A stretch of DNA of 64,000 nt, taken from NCBI GenBank assembly GCA_041690395.1, contig JAWLHJ010000004.1, positions 337,365 through 401,364 on the forward strand. Direction: 5' to 3'. Both the position numbers and the translations under genes were made by a program. This DNA comes from Longimicrobiales bacterium (GTDB lineage: Bacteria > Gemmatimonadota > Gemmatimonadetes > Longimicrobiales > Gaopeijiaceae). The notes beneath the pieces were generated by a model that was given only the letters and a program-made list of their open reading frames with translations, did not search any database and had not been told where the DNA came from. This document shows positions 10,117 to 20,288 of the stretch, piece by piece. Numbering within the stretch: the stretch's first letter is position 1; every line of letters starts with the position of its first letter.

Positions 10117-11274
10117 TCAGGCGTTCGCGAGCGCCGAATCGTAGAGGTGCCGCGCGACGGCCTCCGCGAGCATCTCGTGCGCGCGGTTCACGATCAGGTC
10201 GAGCGAGCCGGTCTCCTGGAACATCTCTTCGGCCTTTTCCCGCAACTCGGGGATGGTCGGGAGGTGCGGCATCGACAGCTCGGCCAACCGCTTCTCGGCC
10301 TGTCCGCGAGCCTGACGCGCACGGGCTTGGAGGTCCTCGAGGACGTGGGACTCGTCCCACGCGTCACGCACCGAATGCGCGATCTGCTCGACGCGGAACG
10401 CGCCGGCGAGGTCGCCCGCGACCTTCTCGAGCACCTTGCGCCCGATCGGCTTCTCACCGCGCACGATCTCGGGCGGCGGCGAGCGGAGGTCCCAGACCAG
10501 CCGGAACCACGACATCACCTTGAGCGCGTAGTAGGACAGGTCGACCTCGTACCAACGGAAGCCCTGGCGCGTCGAGCTCTGGTAGTGGTGATGGTTGTTG
10601 TGCCACCCCTCGCCCAGGGTGATCAGGGCGAGCCAGAAGTTGTTCCGCGAGTCGTCGCCCGTCAGATACCGCTGCGAGCCGTGCACGTGCGCCAGCGAGT
10701 TGATGAAGAACGTGCCGTGGTAGAGCGCCACCGTGCTCCAGAAGAAGCCGACGACGAGCATGGTCCAGCCGCCCCACAGGAAGAGGGCCACCCCGAGCAT
10801 GATGGCCGGGATGTAGTTGGTCTTGTTGAGCCACACCAACTCGGGATACTTGGTGAGGTCCTTCACCGTCCCGTAATCCGGCTTCCAGTTGTTGTGGTTG
10901 AAGATCCAGCCCACATGCGAGTACAGGAAGCCCTGGTGGCGTGGGGAGTGCACGTCCTGCTCGGTATCCGAGTACAGGTGATGATGCCTGTGCACGGCGG
11001 CCCACCAGATCACCCCGCGCTGGGCGGACGTCTGCCCGATGAGCGCGATGATGAACTGCATGACCCGGCTCGTCTTGTAGGACCGGTGGCTGAAGTACCT
11101 ATGGTACCCCGCCGTGATGCCCCACATGCGGATGACGTAAAGCGCGACGGCGACCCAAACGGCCGTCCAGGTGACCCCGGTCCAGATCGCGCCCAGACAT
11201 GCCAGGTGCACCAGGATGAATGGAATCGTCGCGGGGTAGACGATGTCGTCGTGCGGGGCGTGGCTATGGCTCAC
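10117..11274 (-). CDS. Delta-9-type fatty acyl desaturase
   Basis: Three His boxes: YHRYFSH, HRHHH and GEGWHNNHH. Also FFINSLAH. Confidence 0.92.
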   Translation of the reverse strand: MSHSHAPHDDIVYPATIPFILVHLACLGAIWTGVTWTAVWVAVALYVIRMWGITAGYHRYFSHRSYKTSRVMQFIIALIGQTSAQRGVIWWAAVHRHHHLYSDTEQDVHSPRHQGFLYSHVGWIFNHNNWKPDYGTVKDLTKYPELVWLNKTNYIPAIMLGVALFLWGGWTMLVVGFFWSTVALYHGTFFINSLAHVHGSQRYLTGDDSRNNFWLALITLGEGWHNNHHHYQSSTRQGFRWYEVDLSYYALKVMSWFRLVWDLRSPPPEIVRGEKPIGRKVLEKVAGDLAGAFRVEQIAHSVRDAWDESHVLEDLQARARQARGQAEKRLAELSMPHLPTIPELREKAEEMFQETGSLDLIVNRAHEMLAEAVARHLYDSALANA

Positions 11275-11383
11275 TCGGTACTGCTCCAGATCGGGTCCGT
11301 ATGTAGTTCACGGGTACTTTGAAGTTAACGGACCGGGGATGCAGGACCAAGCATGGGGGTTGTCCGCACCGAAGGGTGTCATA

Positions 11384-11407
11384 TATTCATATTCGAATCG
11401 ATGAATA
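11384..11407. promoter_or_regulatory. Candidate SahR autoregulatory operator
   Basis: AT-rich inverted repeat TATTCAT-N10-ATGAATA overlapping the regulator start codon. Confidence 0.45.
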
Positions 11408-12368
11408 CATTGACGCCCCCACCCATCCTGGACCATCTGAACGCGCTCGGCGACGAGACGCGGGTCCGTATCCTCGCGTTGCTCGACCGTAGCGAGTTCA
11501 CGGTCGGGGAGCTCGGCGCGGTTCTGCAGATCGCCCAACCGTCCGTGAGCCGGCACCTGAAGACGCTGGCCGACGAGGGGTGGGTGGAGGCGCGCCAGGA
11601 CGGACGGCTCCGCCACTACCGTTTCTCGGCCGGCATCGACGATTCCGCGCGGGACCTCTGGTCGATCGTGCGCGCGCGGCTCGGCACAAATGGTCCTTAT
11701 GCGGCCGACGGTGAGCGGGCGGCCGCGGTGCTGCACGACCGACGGCTGCGCTCCGCCGAGTTCTTCGCGCGTGCCGCGGAGCGCTGGGACGGCCTCCGCG
11801 AGGAGCTGTTCGGGCGCGACGTCCGCTTCGCTCCCCTGCTCGGCCTGCTCGACCCCGACTGGACCGTCGGTGATCTCGGCACAGGGACGGGCGCGCTCGC
11901 CCGCCTCGTGGCGCCGTTCGTCGAGCGCGTCGTCGGCGTCGATCGCTCCGAGGAGATGCTCGAGGCCGCCCGCCATCGCCTCGAAGGGCTGGAGAACGTG
12001 GAGCTCCGGAGCGGATCGCTCGAGGAGTTGCCCATCGAGAACGGAGAGCTCGACATCGCGCTCCTGTCGCTCGTGCTCCACTACGTCGTCGATCCGCCCC
12101 ACGTGCTCGCCGAGGTCCGGCGCGCGCTGAGGCCCGGTGGGCGCGTCGTGCTGCTCGAGATGCGCCTCCACGAGCGGGGCGTCGGCTATGCCGAGGAGAT
12201 GGGTCACGTATGGCCCGGCTTCGAGCCGGGCCGCCTCGACGGGTGGCTGGCCGATGCCGGCTTCGGCGGCATCCGCACGAACCTGCTCGCGCCCGACCCG
12301 TCGGCGAGCGGGCCCCTGTTGTTCCTCACGACCGCTTCCGTATCCACCAAGAAAGGAAGGACATCCAC

Positions 12369-12372
<4 letters not shown>
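11401..12372 (+). CDS. sahR: ArsR HTH + SAM-methyltransferase-domain regulator (SahR-type)
   Basis: N-terminal ArsR ([19 protein letters not shown]) and C-terminal DLGTGTG SAM-binding fold. Coupled to ahcY by an ATGA overlap. Confidence 0.82.
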
Positions 12373-13859
<1,487 letters not shown>

Positions 13860-13941
13860 GCCGGTGACGTACCGGCAAGCGCGCCCGAGGGTGCGGCGTG
13901 CCGATGCGGCGGGTCTTCCGGACCCGGTGAATGCGAAATGG

Positions 13942-13978
13942 GGGGGCGGCGTCCGAGAGGGCGCCGTCCCCTTCTTTT
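13942..13978 (+). terminator. Rho-independent terminator after ahcY
   Basis: GC stem GGGGCGGCGTCC-GAGA-GGGCGCCGTCCC followed by TTCTTTT. Confidence 0.75.
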
Positions 13979-14183
13979 CGCCGACTGGGCTGATCGGTAG
14001 TCGCCGGTAGGGGAGATCCCCTACACGCGGCGTCGACCTTCTCCCGCCACCGCCGGAGCCCGGTGCGAGCCATCTTTTTGTCGTGGGGGGCGTTGCCCTC
14101 CACCTGATCAAGAAGACTACGCCCCGCCGGTCGGGTATCGATCCCGACGCCCGCCTCCGGGACGGTCGAAGGAGGTCGATGCG

Positions 14184-14705
14184 ATGCGCAGCACGAGATC
14201 AATCGCGTGGACGGCCGGAGTGGCCGTCCTTCTCGCGCTCCCGGACATGGCGACGGCTCAGGATCCGGCCGTGGTTCAGCAGCAGATGCAGGAACAGGTG
14301 CAGCGGATGCAGGAGCATGCCCGTCAGCTGACCCAGGCGATGGATCAGATGGCGAACGTGCAGCAGCGCGCTCACCAGATCGAACAGCAGCTCGTTCGTG
14401 AGATGGAACAGCACCGGCTGCAGCGGGACGTCGACGTCCAGGTGGCCGAGCGGTTGCGTTACGAGGAGCGCCTTCGGGAGATGGCGCATTCCATGAACGT
14501 GGGCGCCCAGGAGATGCACCGTGCGATGGAGCAGCTCCGAAACATGGCGGAGCAGGCCGAAGCCCCCTTCCGTGGCAACATGGAGCAGGAGGTCGAGCGG
14601 CTCCGGAACCACTGGGAGTCGATGACCGGCTCCATGGAAGAAGGGCTCAGGCTCCTCGAGCGGTTGAGGGATCGGGTCCAGGCATCGGCGCCGACAGGCG
14701 GCTGA
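14184..14705 (+). CDS. Secreted Gln/Met/His-rich alpha-helical protein, unknown function
   Basis: GGAGG RBS upstream, signal peptide ending ATA-Q, heptad-like helical body with about 13 Met and 6 His. Confidence 0.75.
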   Translation: MRSTRSIAWTAGVAVLLALPDMATAQDPAVVQQQMQEQVQRMQEHARQLTQAMDQMANVQQRAHQIEQQLVREMEQHRLQRDVDVQVAERLRYEERLREMAHSMNVGAQEMHRAMEQLRNMAEQAEAPFRGNMEQEVERLRNHWESMTGSMEEGLRLLERLRDRVQASAPTGG

Positions 14706-14712
14706 GGCTGCC

Positions 14713-15648
14713 ATGAGACCCGAGGCACCCTCGGGCGGCGCCGCGTGGTGGCGCTCGGTCGTGGCCGGGCTGGTCCTGGCCGCGGCCGGCGCTCCCGGCC
14801 TGCCGTGGAGCCCCGAGCCCCTGCTCGGCCAGACCGTCCGCTATTCGGGGTCGGTCAGCTACTCGACCGGCTCCTACCTGTTCGCGGAGCGTACCCATTC
14901 GTTCTGGCTGTCGAACGGGCTCAGCGTCCGCGGCCCGAAGCTCAGCGCATCGGCTACGCTTCCACTGATCCTGCAGAACAGCGGCGTCGTGAGCGTGGTG
15001 GGCGGACAGCCGGTGCCGACGGGGGGCCAGGGCAGCGGTGTGGTGGGTCGGCGGGCGGGTGACGGAACGATCGGCACGAGGCGAGGGGGCGGTAGTGGTG
15101 CGGGTGGAGGCATGCTCCCGACCGACTCCGTGGTCGTGTTCCGTGACCAGTACGCCCTGGAGGTCGGCGATCCATCCCTGCGCCTCGGCTATGACGCGTA
15201 CTCGGGTTTCGGGTTCTTGAGATCGGTCTCGCTCAGCCTCGGGACCAAAGCCCCCCTGCGCGGCCTGGAGTCCGGCGTCGGAACCGGCGAGTGGGATGTC
15301 GGGGCGGGCGCATCCGTCGCCATGGGCGTGGGGAGCACCTGGTTCTTCCTGGACGGCGCACACTGGTGGTTCGGCGACCTCCCGGAGCTCGAGCTCGAGG
15401 ACGGTGTGCTGTATTCCGCCGGTGTTTCCCGGCTCTTCGGTGAGAGCGGAACGTCATTGATCGCGAGCATCTCCGGGAGCAGCCGGATCGTGCCGACGGC
15501 GGCCGCTCCCCTTAGTGTATCTTTGGGCCTGTCACGATTCCTGGACCGGGGGCGGTCCCTCTCGCTCGGCCTGACGGCCGGGCTGAGCGAAGCGTCCCCT
15601 GACCTGTCGGCCTATTTCGGATGGAGTCTTCCCGTGGGAGGATCATGA
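14713..15648 (+). CDS. Putative outer-membrane beta-barrel protein
   Basis: Signal peptide, then alternating hydrophobic/Ser-Gly strands (YSGSVSYSTGSY, SLSLGLTAG, SAYFGWSL). Overlaps the next gene. Confidence 0.65.
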   Translation: MRPEAPSGGAAWWRSVVAGLVLAAAGAPGLPWSPEPLLGQTVRYSGSVSYSTGSYLFAERTHSFWLSNGLSVRGPKLSASATLPLILQNSGVVSVVGGQPVPTGGQGSGVVGRRAGDGTIGTRRGGGSGAGGGMLPTDSVVVFRDQYALEVGDPSLRLGYDAYSGFGFLRSVSLSLGTKAPLRGLESGVGTGEWDVGAGASVAMGVGSTWFFLDGAHWWFGDLPELELEDGVLYSAGVSRLFGESGTSLIASISGSSRIVPTAAAPLSVSLGLSRFLDRGRSLSLGLTAGLSEASPDLSAYFGWSLPVGGS

Positions 15649-16808
15649 CGATGAGCACGACGCGCGTACCGCGGCCCCACCCCCCCGGCGTGCTCGGGGC
15701 GGGACTGTTGCTCACGGCGCTCCTGGCGGGCCCGGCCAGCGCCCAGGTGGGTGAGGGCCCCTGGCCGCCCACGGACTACGCTTCGATGAACGGTGAGGAG
15801 CTCTACCGCGAAGCGTGCGCCGGATGCCACGGCCCCGACGGCACCGGTATGCCGTCGTCCGCGGTGGGCTTCCTGATCCCGCTGCCGGACTTCACCGATT
15901 GCAGCTTCGCGACGCGTGAGCCCGATTCGGATTGGCTGGCGGTCGCGCACGACGGCGGCCCGACGCGGGGCTTCGACCCGCTCATGCCGGCCATCGGCGG
16001 CGTGCTCACCGTCGAACAGCTGCAGCTCGCCCTGGACCACATCCGCACGATGTGCACCGATGACAGCTGGCCCCGTGGCGAGCTCAACCTGCCCCGGGCG
16101 ATGGTGACGGAGAAGGCGTATCCCGAGGACGAAGCGGTCTTTACGTACGGCGCCTCCCTCGACGGGCCGGGCGTGCACACGGGCGAATTCGTCTATGAGA
16201 AGCGGTTCGGGGCCCGGAACCAGATCGAGTTCGTGGTGCCGTTCTCGTATCGGTCCCGAGGGGACGGCGCTTCGTGGCAAGGAGGGCTCGGCGATCTCGT
16301 CGTGGGCGTCAAGCGCGCATTCTACCATAGCATGGAGAAGGGATCGATCTTCAGCGCGGCGGCCGAGATCAAGCTTCCGACGGGTGACTACGAGAGTGGC
16401 TTCGGTGCGGGCACGCCGGTGTTCGAGACCTTCGCCTCCTACGGACACAGCCTGCCCGCCGACGCGTTCCTGCAGCTCCAGGGCGTCTACGAGCGCCCCT
16501 TCGACACGGACCGGGCCGGTGATGAGGCCGCCCTCCGTTTGGTCCTCGGAAAGAGCTTCACCCAGGGTGCGTGGGGGCGGACCTGGAGTCCGATGGTCGA
16601 GGTCCTGTCGAGCCGCGAGCTCGAGGACGGCGCGACGATCCACTGGGACGTGGTGCCGCAGTTCCAGGTGACGCTCAATACCCGGCAGCACGTGATGGCG
16701 AACCTGGCGGTGAGGGTGCCGGTCAACGACACGGCCACCCGCGAGCCCACGCTGCTCGTCTACATCCTGTTGGACTGGTTCGACGGCGGATTCTTCGAGG
16801 GATGGTAA
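15645..16808 (+). CDS. Cytochrome c domain fused to a C-terminal beta-barrel-like domain
   Basis: Signal peptide, GEELYREACAGCHG (CxxCH), candidate axial Met in LMPAIG. The C-terminal half has amphipathic strands, a KLPTG motif and an aromatic end (GFFEGW). Confidence 0.75.
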   Translation: MTMSTTRVPRPHPPGVLGAGLLLTALLAGPASAQVGEGPWPPTDYASMNGEELYREACAGCHGPDGTGMPSSAVGFLIPLPDFTDCSFATREPDSDWLAVAHDGGPTRGFDPLMPAIGGVLTVEQLQLALDHIRTMCTDDSWPRGELNLPRAMVTEKAYPEDEAVFTYGASLDGPGVHTGEFVYEKRFGARNQIEFVVPFSYRSRGDGASWQGGLGDLVVGVKRAFYHSMEKGSIFSAAAEIKLPTGDYESGFGAGTPVFETFASYGHSLPADAFLQLQGVYERPFDTDRAGDEAALRLVLGKSFTQGAWGRTWSPMVEVLSSRELEDGATIHWDVVPQFQVTLNTRQHVMANLAVRVPVNDTATREPTLLVYILLDWFDGGFFEGW

Positions 16809-16810
16809 CC

Positions 16811-18484
16811 ATGCGCATCATGACCTATACGGCATCGCTGACCGCGCTCCTCAGCGTGGGGTACGTGGTGGGCGACCTGTTCGCCCAGACGGCGTCTACC
16901 CCGTTCGAGCCGTCGTCCCAGGAAGCCCTCGCCGCGCACGGCGGCGCCGTGCGCCTCTTCGAGACGAGCGATATGTGCCTCGCCTGCCACAACGGCGTCA
17001 CCACCGCGCTCGGCGAGGACATCTCCATCGGGTTCGACTGGCGGGCCTCGATGATGGCCAACGCCGCCCGCGACCCGTACTGGCAGGCGGCGGTACGCCG
17101 TGAGATCACGGACCACCCCGGTGCACGGGAGGCCATCGAGGACAAATGCTCCACGTGCCACATGCCCATCGCGCGGTACTCGGCCCACCTGACCGGGGGC
17201 ATGGGTGAGGTGTTCGGGAGCCTCCCGCGGTACGGCGCGGACCCGCAGCTCGCCGCCGATGCGCTCGACGGCGTGTCGTGCTCCGTGTGCCATCAGATTG
17301 CAGACTCGAACCTGGGCTCACCGGAGAGCTTCACCGGGGGCTTCGAGGTCGACGAGCGCACGGCGACGGGCGAGCGCACCATCTACGGTCCCTTCGAAGT
17401 CGATGACGGGCGGGTGCGCCTCATGCAGTCCGCGTCCGGCTTCCGGCCCGAAGAGTCGCCCCACATCCAGTCGTCCGAGCTGTGCGCGTCCTGCCACACA
17501 CTCTACACGCACTCGCTCGACGAGGACGGGAACGAGATCGCCGAGCTCCCCGAGCAGGTCCCGTATCTGGAGTGGCTCCACAGCGATTACCGCGAGGACC
17601 AGAGCTGCCAGTCCTGCCACATGCCCGTCGTCCAGGGGGAGGCCCCGGTGACCAGCGTGCTCGGACAGCCTCGCACCGAGGTGTCCCGGCACGTCTTCCG
17701 GGGCGGCAACTTCTTCATGCTCAGGATGCTGAACCGGTACCGGAACGAGCTCGGGGTCACGGCCCTTCCCCAGGAGCTCGACGCCGCGGCGACACGGACG
17801 GTGGAACACCTCCGCTCCAGCACCGCGCGGATCCGTGTCGACGAGCCCCGTCGCACCGACGGGGGCGTCGCCTTCGACGTGATCGTCGACAACCTGGCCG
17901 GGCACAAGCTGCCCACCGCCTACCCGTCGCGGCGGGCCTGGCTGCACGTGACGGTGAGTGACTCGTCCGGACGGGTGGTCTTCGAGTCCGGCGCGCTCCG
18001 GCCCGACGGCTCCATCGTCGGGAACGACGCGGACGCGGATGCGGACGCCTTCGAGCCGCACTACACCGTCGTGCGCGCGGCCGACGAGGTCCAGATCTAC
18101 GAGTCGGTCCTGGGCGATCCGTCCGGAACGCCGACCACGGGCCTCCTCACCGCGATCAACTACCTGAAGGACAACCGGATCCTGCCGACGGGCTTCGACA
18201 AGGCCACCGCTGATCCGGACATCGCCGTCCGGGGGTCCGCGTTCGACGACGGCGACTTCGTCGGGGGCTCGGACCGGACGCGTTACGAGCTCGACGTCCC
18301 GGGGTCGACCGGCCCGCTCACGGTGGAGGTGTCGCTCTGGTACCAGCCCATCGGCTACCGATGGGCACGCAACCTCGACGACTATACCGATCACTTCGAG
18401 CCGGAGCGGTTCGTGCGGTACTACGACAGCATGGCCGAAGGGTCGGGTGTGCGGATCACGGGAGCGGTGGCAGAGGTGCGATGA
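16811..18484 (+). CDS. Secreted multiheme (5 x CxxCH) c-type cytochrome
   Basis: CLACH, CSTCH, CSVCH, CASCH and CQSCH, plus a C-terminal beta-rich domain starting NLAGHKLPT. Start at MRIMTY. Confidence 0.88.
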   Translation: MRIMTYTASLTALLSVGYVVGDLFAQTASTPFEPSSQEALAAHGGAVRLFETSDMCLACHNGVTTALGEDISIGFDWRASMMANAARDPYWQAAVRREITDHPGAREAIEDKCSTCHMPIARYSAHLTGGMGEVFGSLPRYGADPQLAADALDGVSCSVCHQIADSNLGSPESFTGGFEVDERTATGERTIYGPFEVDDGRVRLMQSASGFRPEESPHIQSSELCASCHTLYTHSLDEDGNEIAELPEQVPYLEWLHSDYREDQSCQSCHMPVVQGEAPVTSVLGQPRTEVSRHVFRGGNFFMLRMLNRYRNELGVTALPQELDAAATRTVEHLRSSTARIRVDEPRRTDGGVAFDVIVDNLAGHKLPTAYPSRRAWLHVTVSDSSGRVVFESGALRPDGSIVGNDADADADAFEPHYTVVRAADEVQIYESVLGDPSGTPTTGLLTAINYLKDNRILPTGFDKATADPDIAVRGSAFDDGDFVGGSDRTRYELDVPGSTGPLTVEVSLWYQPIGYRWARNLDDYTDHFEPERFVRYYDSMAEGSGVRITGAVAEVR

Positions 18485-18518
18485 CCGGCGCCTGGCCGGC
18501 CCGGTAGGGGCTCCCCTC

Positions 18519-18950
18519 CTACCGGAGCGCGGCCAGGTACGCCACCAGAGCGCCGAGATCCCCCTCGGTCATCTCCGCGAACTCCGTCTTGGCTCGCGCC
18601 ACCGAGGGGCTCAGCGAGCCTCGCACCGCGTCGTCCGCGACGACGAACGCATGGATCTCCTCGGGGGTGAGCCGGGAGCCCACGCCGTCGAGCGGGCTCC
18701 GGGGGCTCCCCTCACCCGCGACCCGATGGCACCGGAGGCACCCCTGCTCTTCGAAGACCGCCCGCCCGCGCCGGAGCTCCGCAGGGTCCGGAGGCACGTC
18801 CGGCGGAGGCACGACCGGTGCCGCTTCGGTAGCGGCGGGCGTAGCGTCGGGGACGGGGCCCGTGTTCTGCCGTTCGGCGAACAGCGCCGCCAACCCCACC
18901 ACGAAGACGCCGATCCCCAGCGCGTACCAGCGTGCGATGCGTTCCCTCAT
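18519..18950 (-). CDS. Membrane-anchored monoheme cytochrome c
   Basis: N-terminal TM helix, Pro-rich linker, GRAVFEEQGCLRCH, and C-terminal LVAYL. Confidence 0.82.
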   Translation of the reverse strand: MRERIARWYALGIGVFVVGLAALFAERQNTGPVPDATPAATEAAPVVPPPDVPPDPAELRRGRAVFEEQGCLRCHRVAGEGSPRSPLDGVGSRLTPEEIHAFVVADDAVRGSLSPSVARAKTEFAEMTEGDLGALVAYLAALR

Positions 18951-18965
18951 GATTCGGCCATGGCG

Positions 18966-20288
18966 CTACGCCATCTGGAAGAGCTCGGAGTGAATGCGCC
19001 GGAGGGGCACGCCGGCCTCGAGGAGGGCGTCCTGGGCCATGTCCGTCAACGGCTGCGGACCGCACATGAAGCACAGCGCTCCGTCGGGAAGCTCGGATAG
19101 GGCCTCGCGAACGAGCTCCGGCGTGGGCCACCCCACCGCGCCGTCCCACCCCTCGTGGGGCTCCTCGAAGACATGGTGCACGCGGAGGTCCATGCGCGCC
19201 TCGAGCTCCTTCAGGTCGTCCCGGAGCGGCGTCGCGTCCCAGGCACGGGTCCCGTAGACGAGACGCACGGGCCGCTCGTCACCCCGGTCGGCCATAGCCC
19301 GCAGCATACCCACCATGGGCGCGATCCCCACCCCACCGGCGATCATGAGGAAGCCGGGCGCCGACGGGTGACGATCCACGGTGAAGATGCCGTGCGGACC
19401 ATCGACATAGGCCACGGTTCCGACCTCCGTCTCCCCGATGGTGCCGGTGAAGTCCCCGAGCTCCTTGATGGTGAACTCGAGCGCCGGAGCGTCCTCCGCG
19501 CTCCCGGAGATCGAGAACGGATGCTCCTGCGCACGCAGGGGGGAGCGGCCCAGGGAGATCCAAACGAACTGACCCGGAGCGAAACGGAATCCCTCATGGC
19601 CCTCCGGCTCGAGGCGCAGCCGCCAGCACCGTCCTGGTTCCGCGCTGACCTCCGCGACGCGGTAGGGACGCGCCATCAGGGCGATGGGCTTCATCACCCG
19701 CACGTAGGCCACGATGGCGATGAGGGACCCCAGGACGAAGTCCAGCACGATCCTGGTCCAGAAGAGGCCCGAGTGATATCCGACACCCACCACGTGTACG
19801 AACGCGAGGGCCATACCCGCGACCGCCAGCACGATATGGGCGACGCGCCAACGGTCGTAGGAGATGCCGAAGGTCTTCCGCCAGAGCGAGGAGGCCACGA
19901 GCACGACGAAGATGGCGAGGGCCACGCGGCCCGCCGTCATGTGGAAGGGCGCGTCCCCCGGCCAGAACGGCTCCAGAGTGCGCGGATAGGCCACGCGGAG
20001 GATGGCGTAGTGCGCGACGACCAGCAGAAGCCCGACGACGGCCAGCCAGCGGTGGAGCATGTACAGCACATCCATGCCGAACGGGGCCGTTGCCCGCCGG
20101 AATCGGGCCGTCAGCCAGAACTGTCCACCCATGAGGGCCAACGCCCCGAATCCGAGCCCCATGGAGAAGTCGAACCACCACCCTGCGCCCCGAGCGACGA
20201 CGAGGCCGCTCCCGAGCACGACGAGAGGCGCGGCGATCAGTGCCCCGTAGGCGAACGACCAGAGGAGGCCTGGAACACGGCCCTTCAT
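18966..20288 (-). CDS. Ferric reductase-like / bacterial NOX-like flavocytochrome
   Basis: About 6 TM helices with two H-x13-H heme b pairs, FAD motif HPFS, and NAD(P)H motifs AGGVGIAP and CGP. Confidence 0.88.
   Translation of the reverse strand: MKGRVPGLLWSFAYGALIAAPLVVLGSGLVVARGAGWWFDFSMGLGFGALALMGGQFWLTARFRRATAPFGMDVLYMLHRWLAVVGLLLVVAHYAILRVAYPRTLEPFWPGDAPFHMTAGRVALAIFVVLVASSLWRKTFGISYDRWRVAHIVLAVAGMALAFVHVVGVGYHSGLFWTRIVLDFVLGSLIAIVAYVRVMKPIALMARPYRVAEVSAEPGRCWRLRLEPEGHEGFRFAPGQFVWISLGRSPLRAQEHPFSISGSAEDAPALEFTIKELGDFTGTIGETEVGTVAYVDGPHGIFTVDRHPSAPGFLMIAGGVGIAPMVGMLRAMADRGDERPVRLVYGTRAWDATPLRDDLKELEARMDLRVHHVFEEPHEGWDGAVGWPTPELVREALSELPDGALCFMCGPQPLTDMAQDALLEAGVPLRRIHSELFQMA

Noticed and set aside
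8764..11322. 852-aa plus-strand ORF and many other long overlapping ORFs (e.g. 29878-32511, 12204-14111, 35686-37653)
   Set aside because: Antisense or off-frame shadows of well-supported genes in high-GC DNA, with no protein motifs.
14004..18521. CCGGTAGGGG at 14004 and 18501 flanking the cytochrome operon, each in a small hairpin
   Set aside because: Only 10 bp in GC-rich DNA with no recombinase nearby. The second copy is explained as a hairpin between convergent genes.
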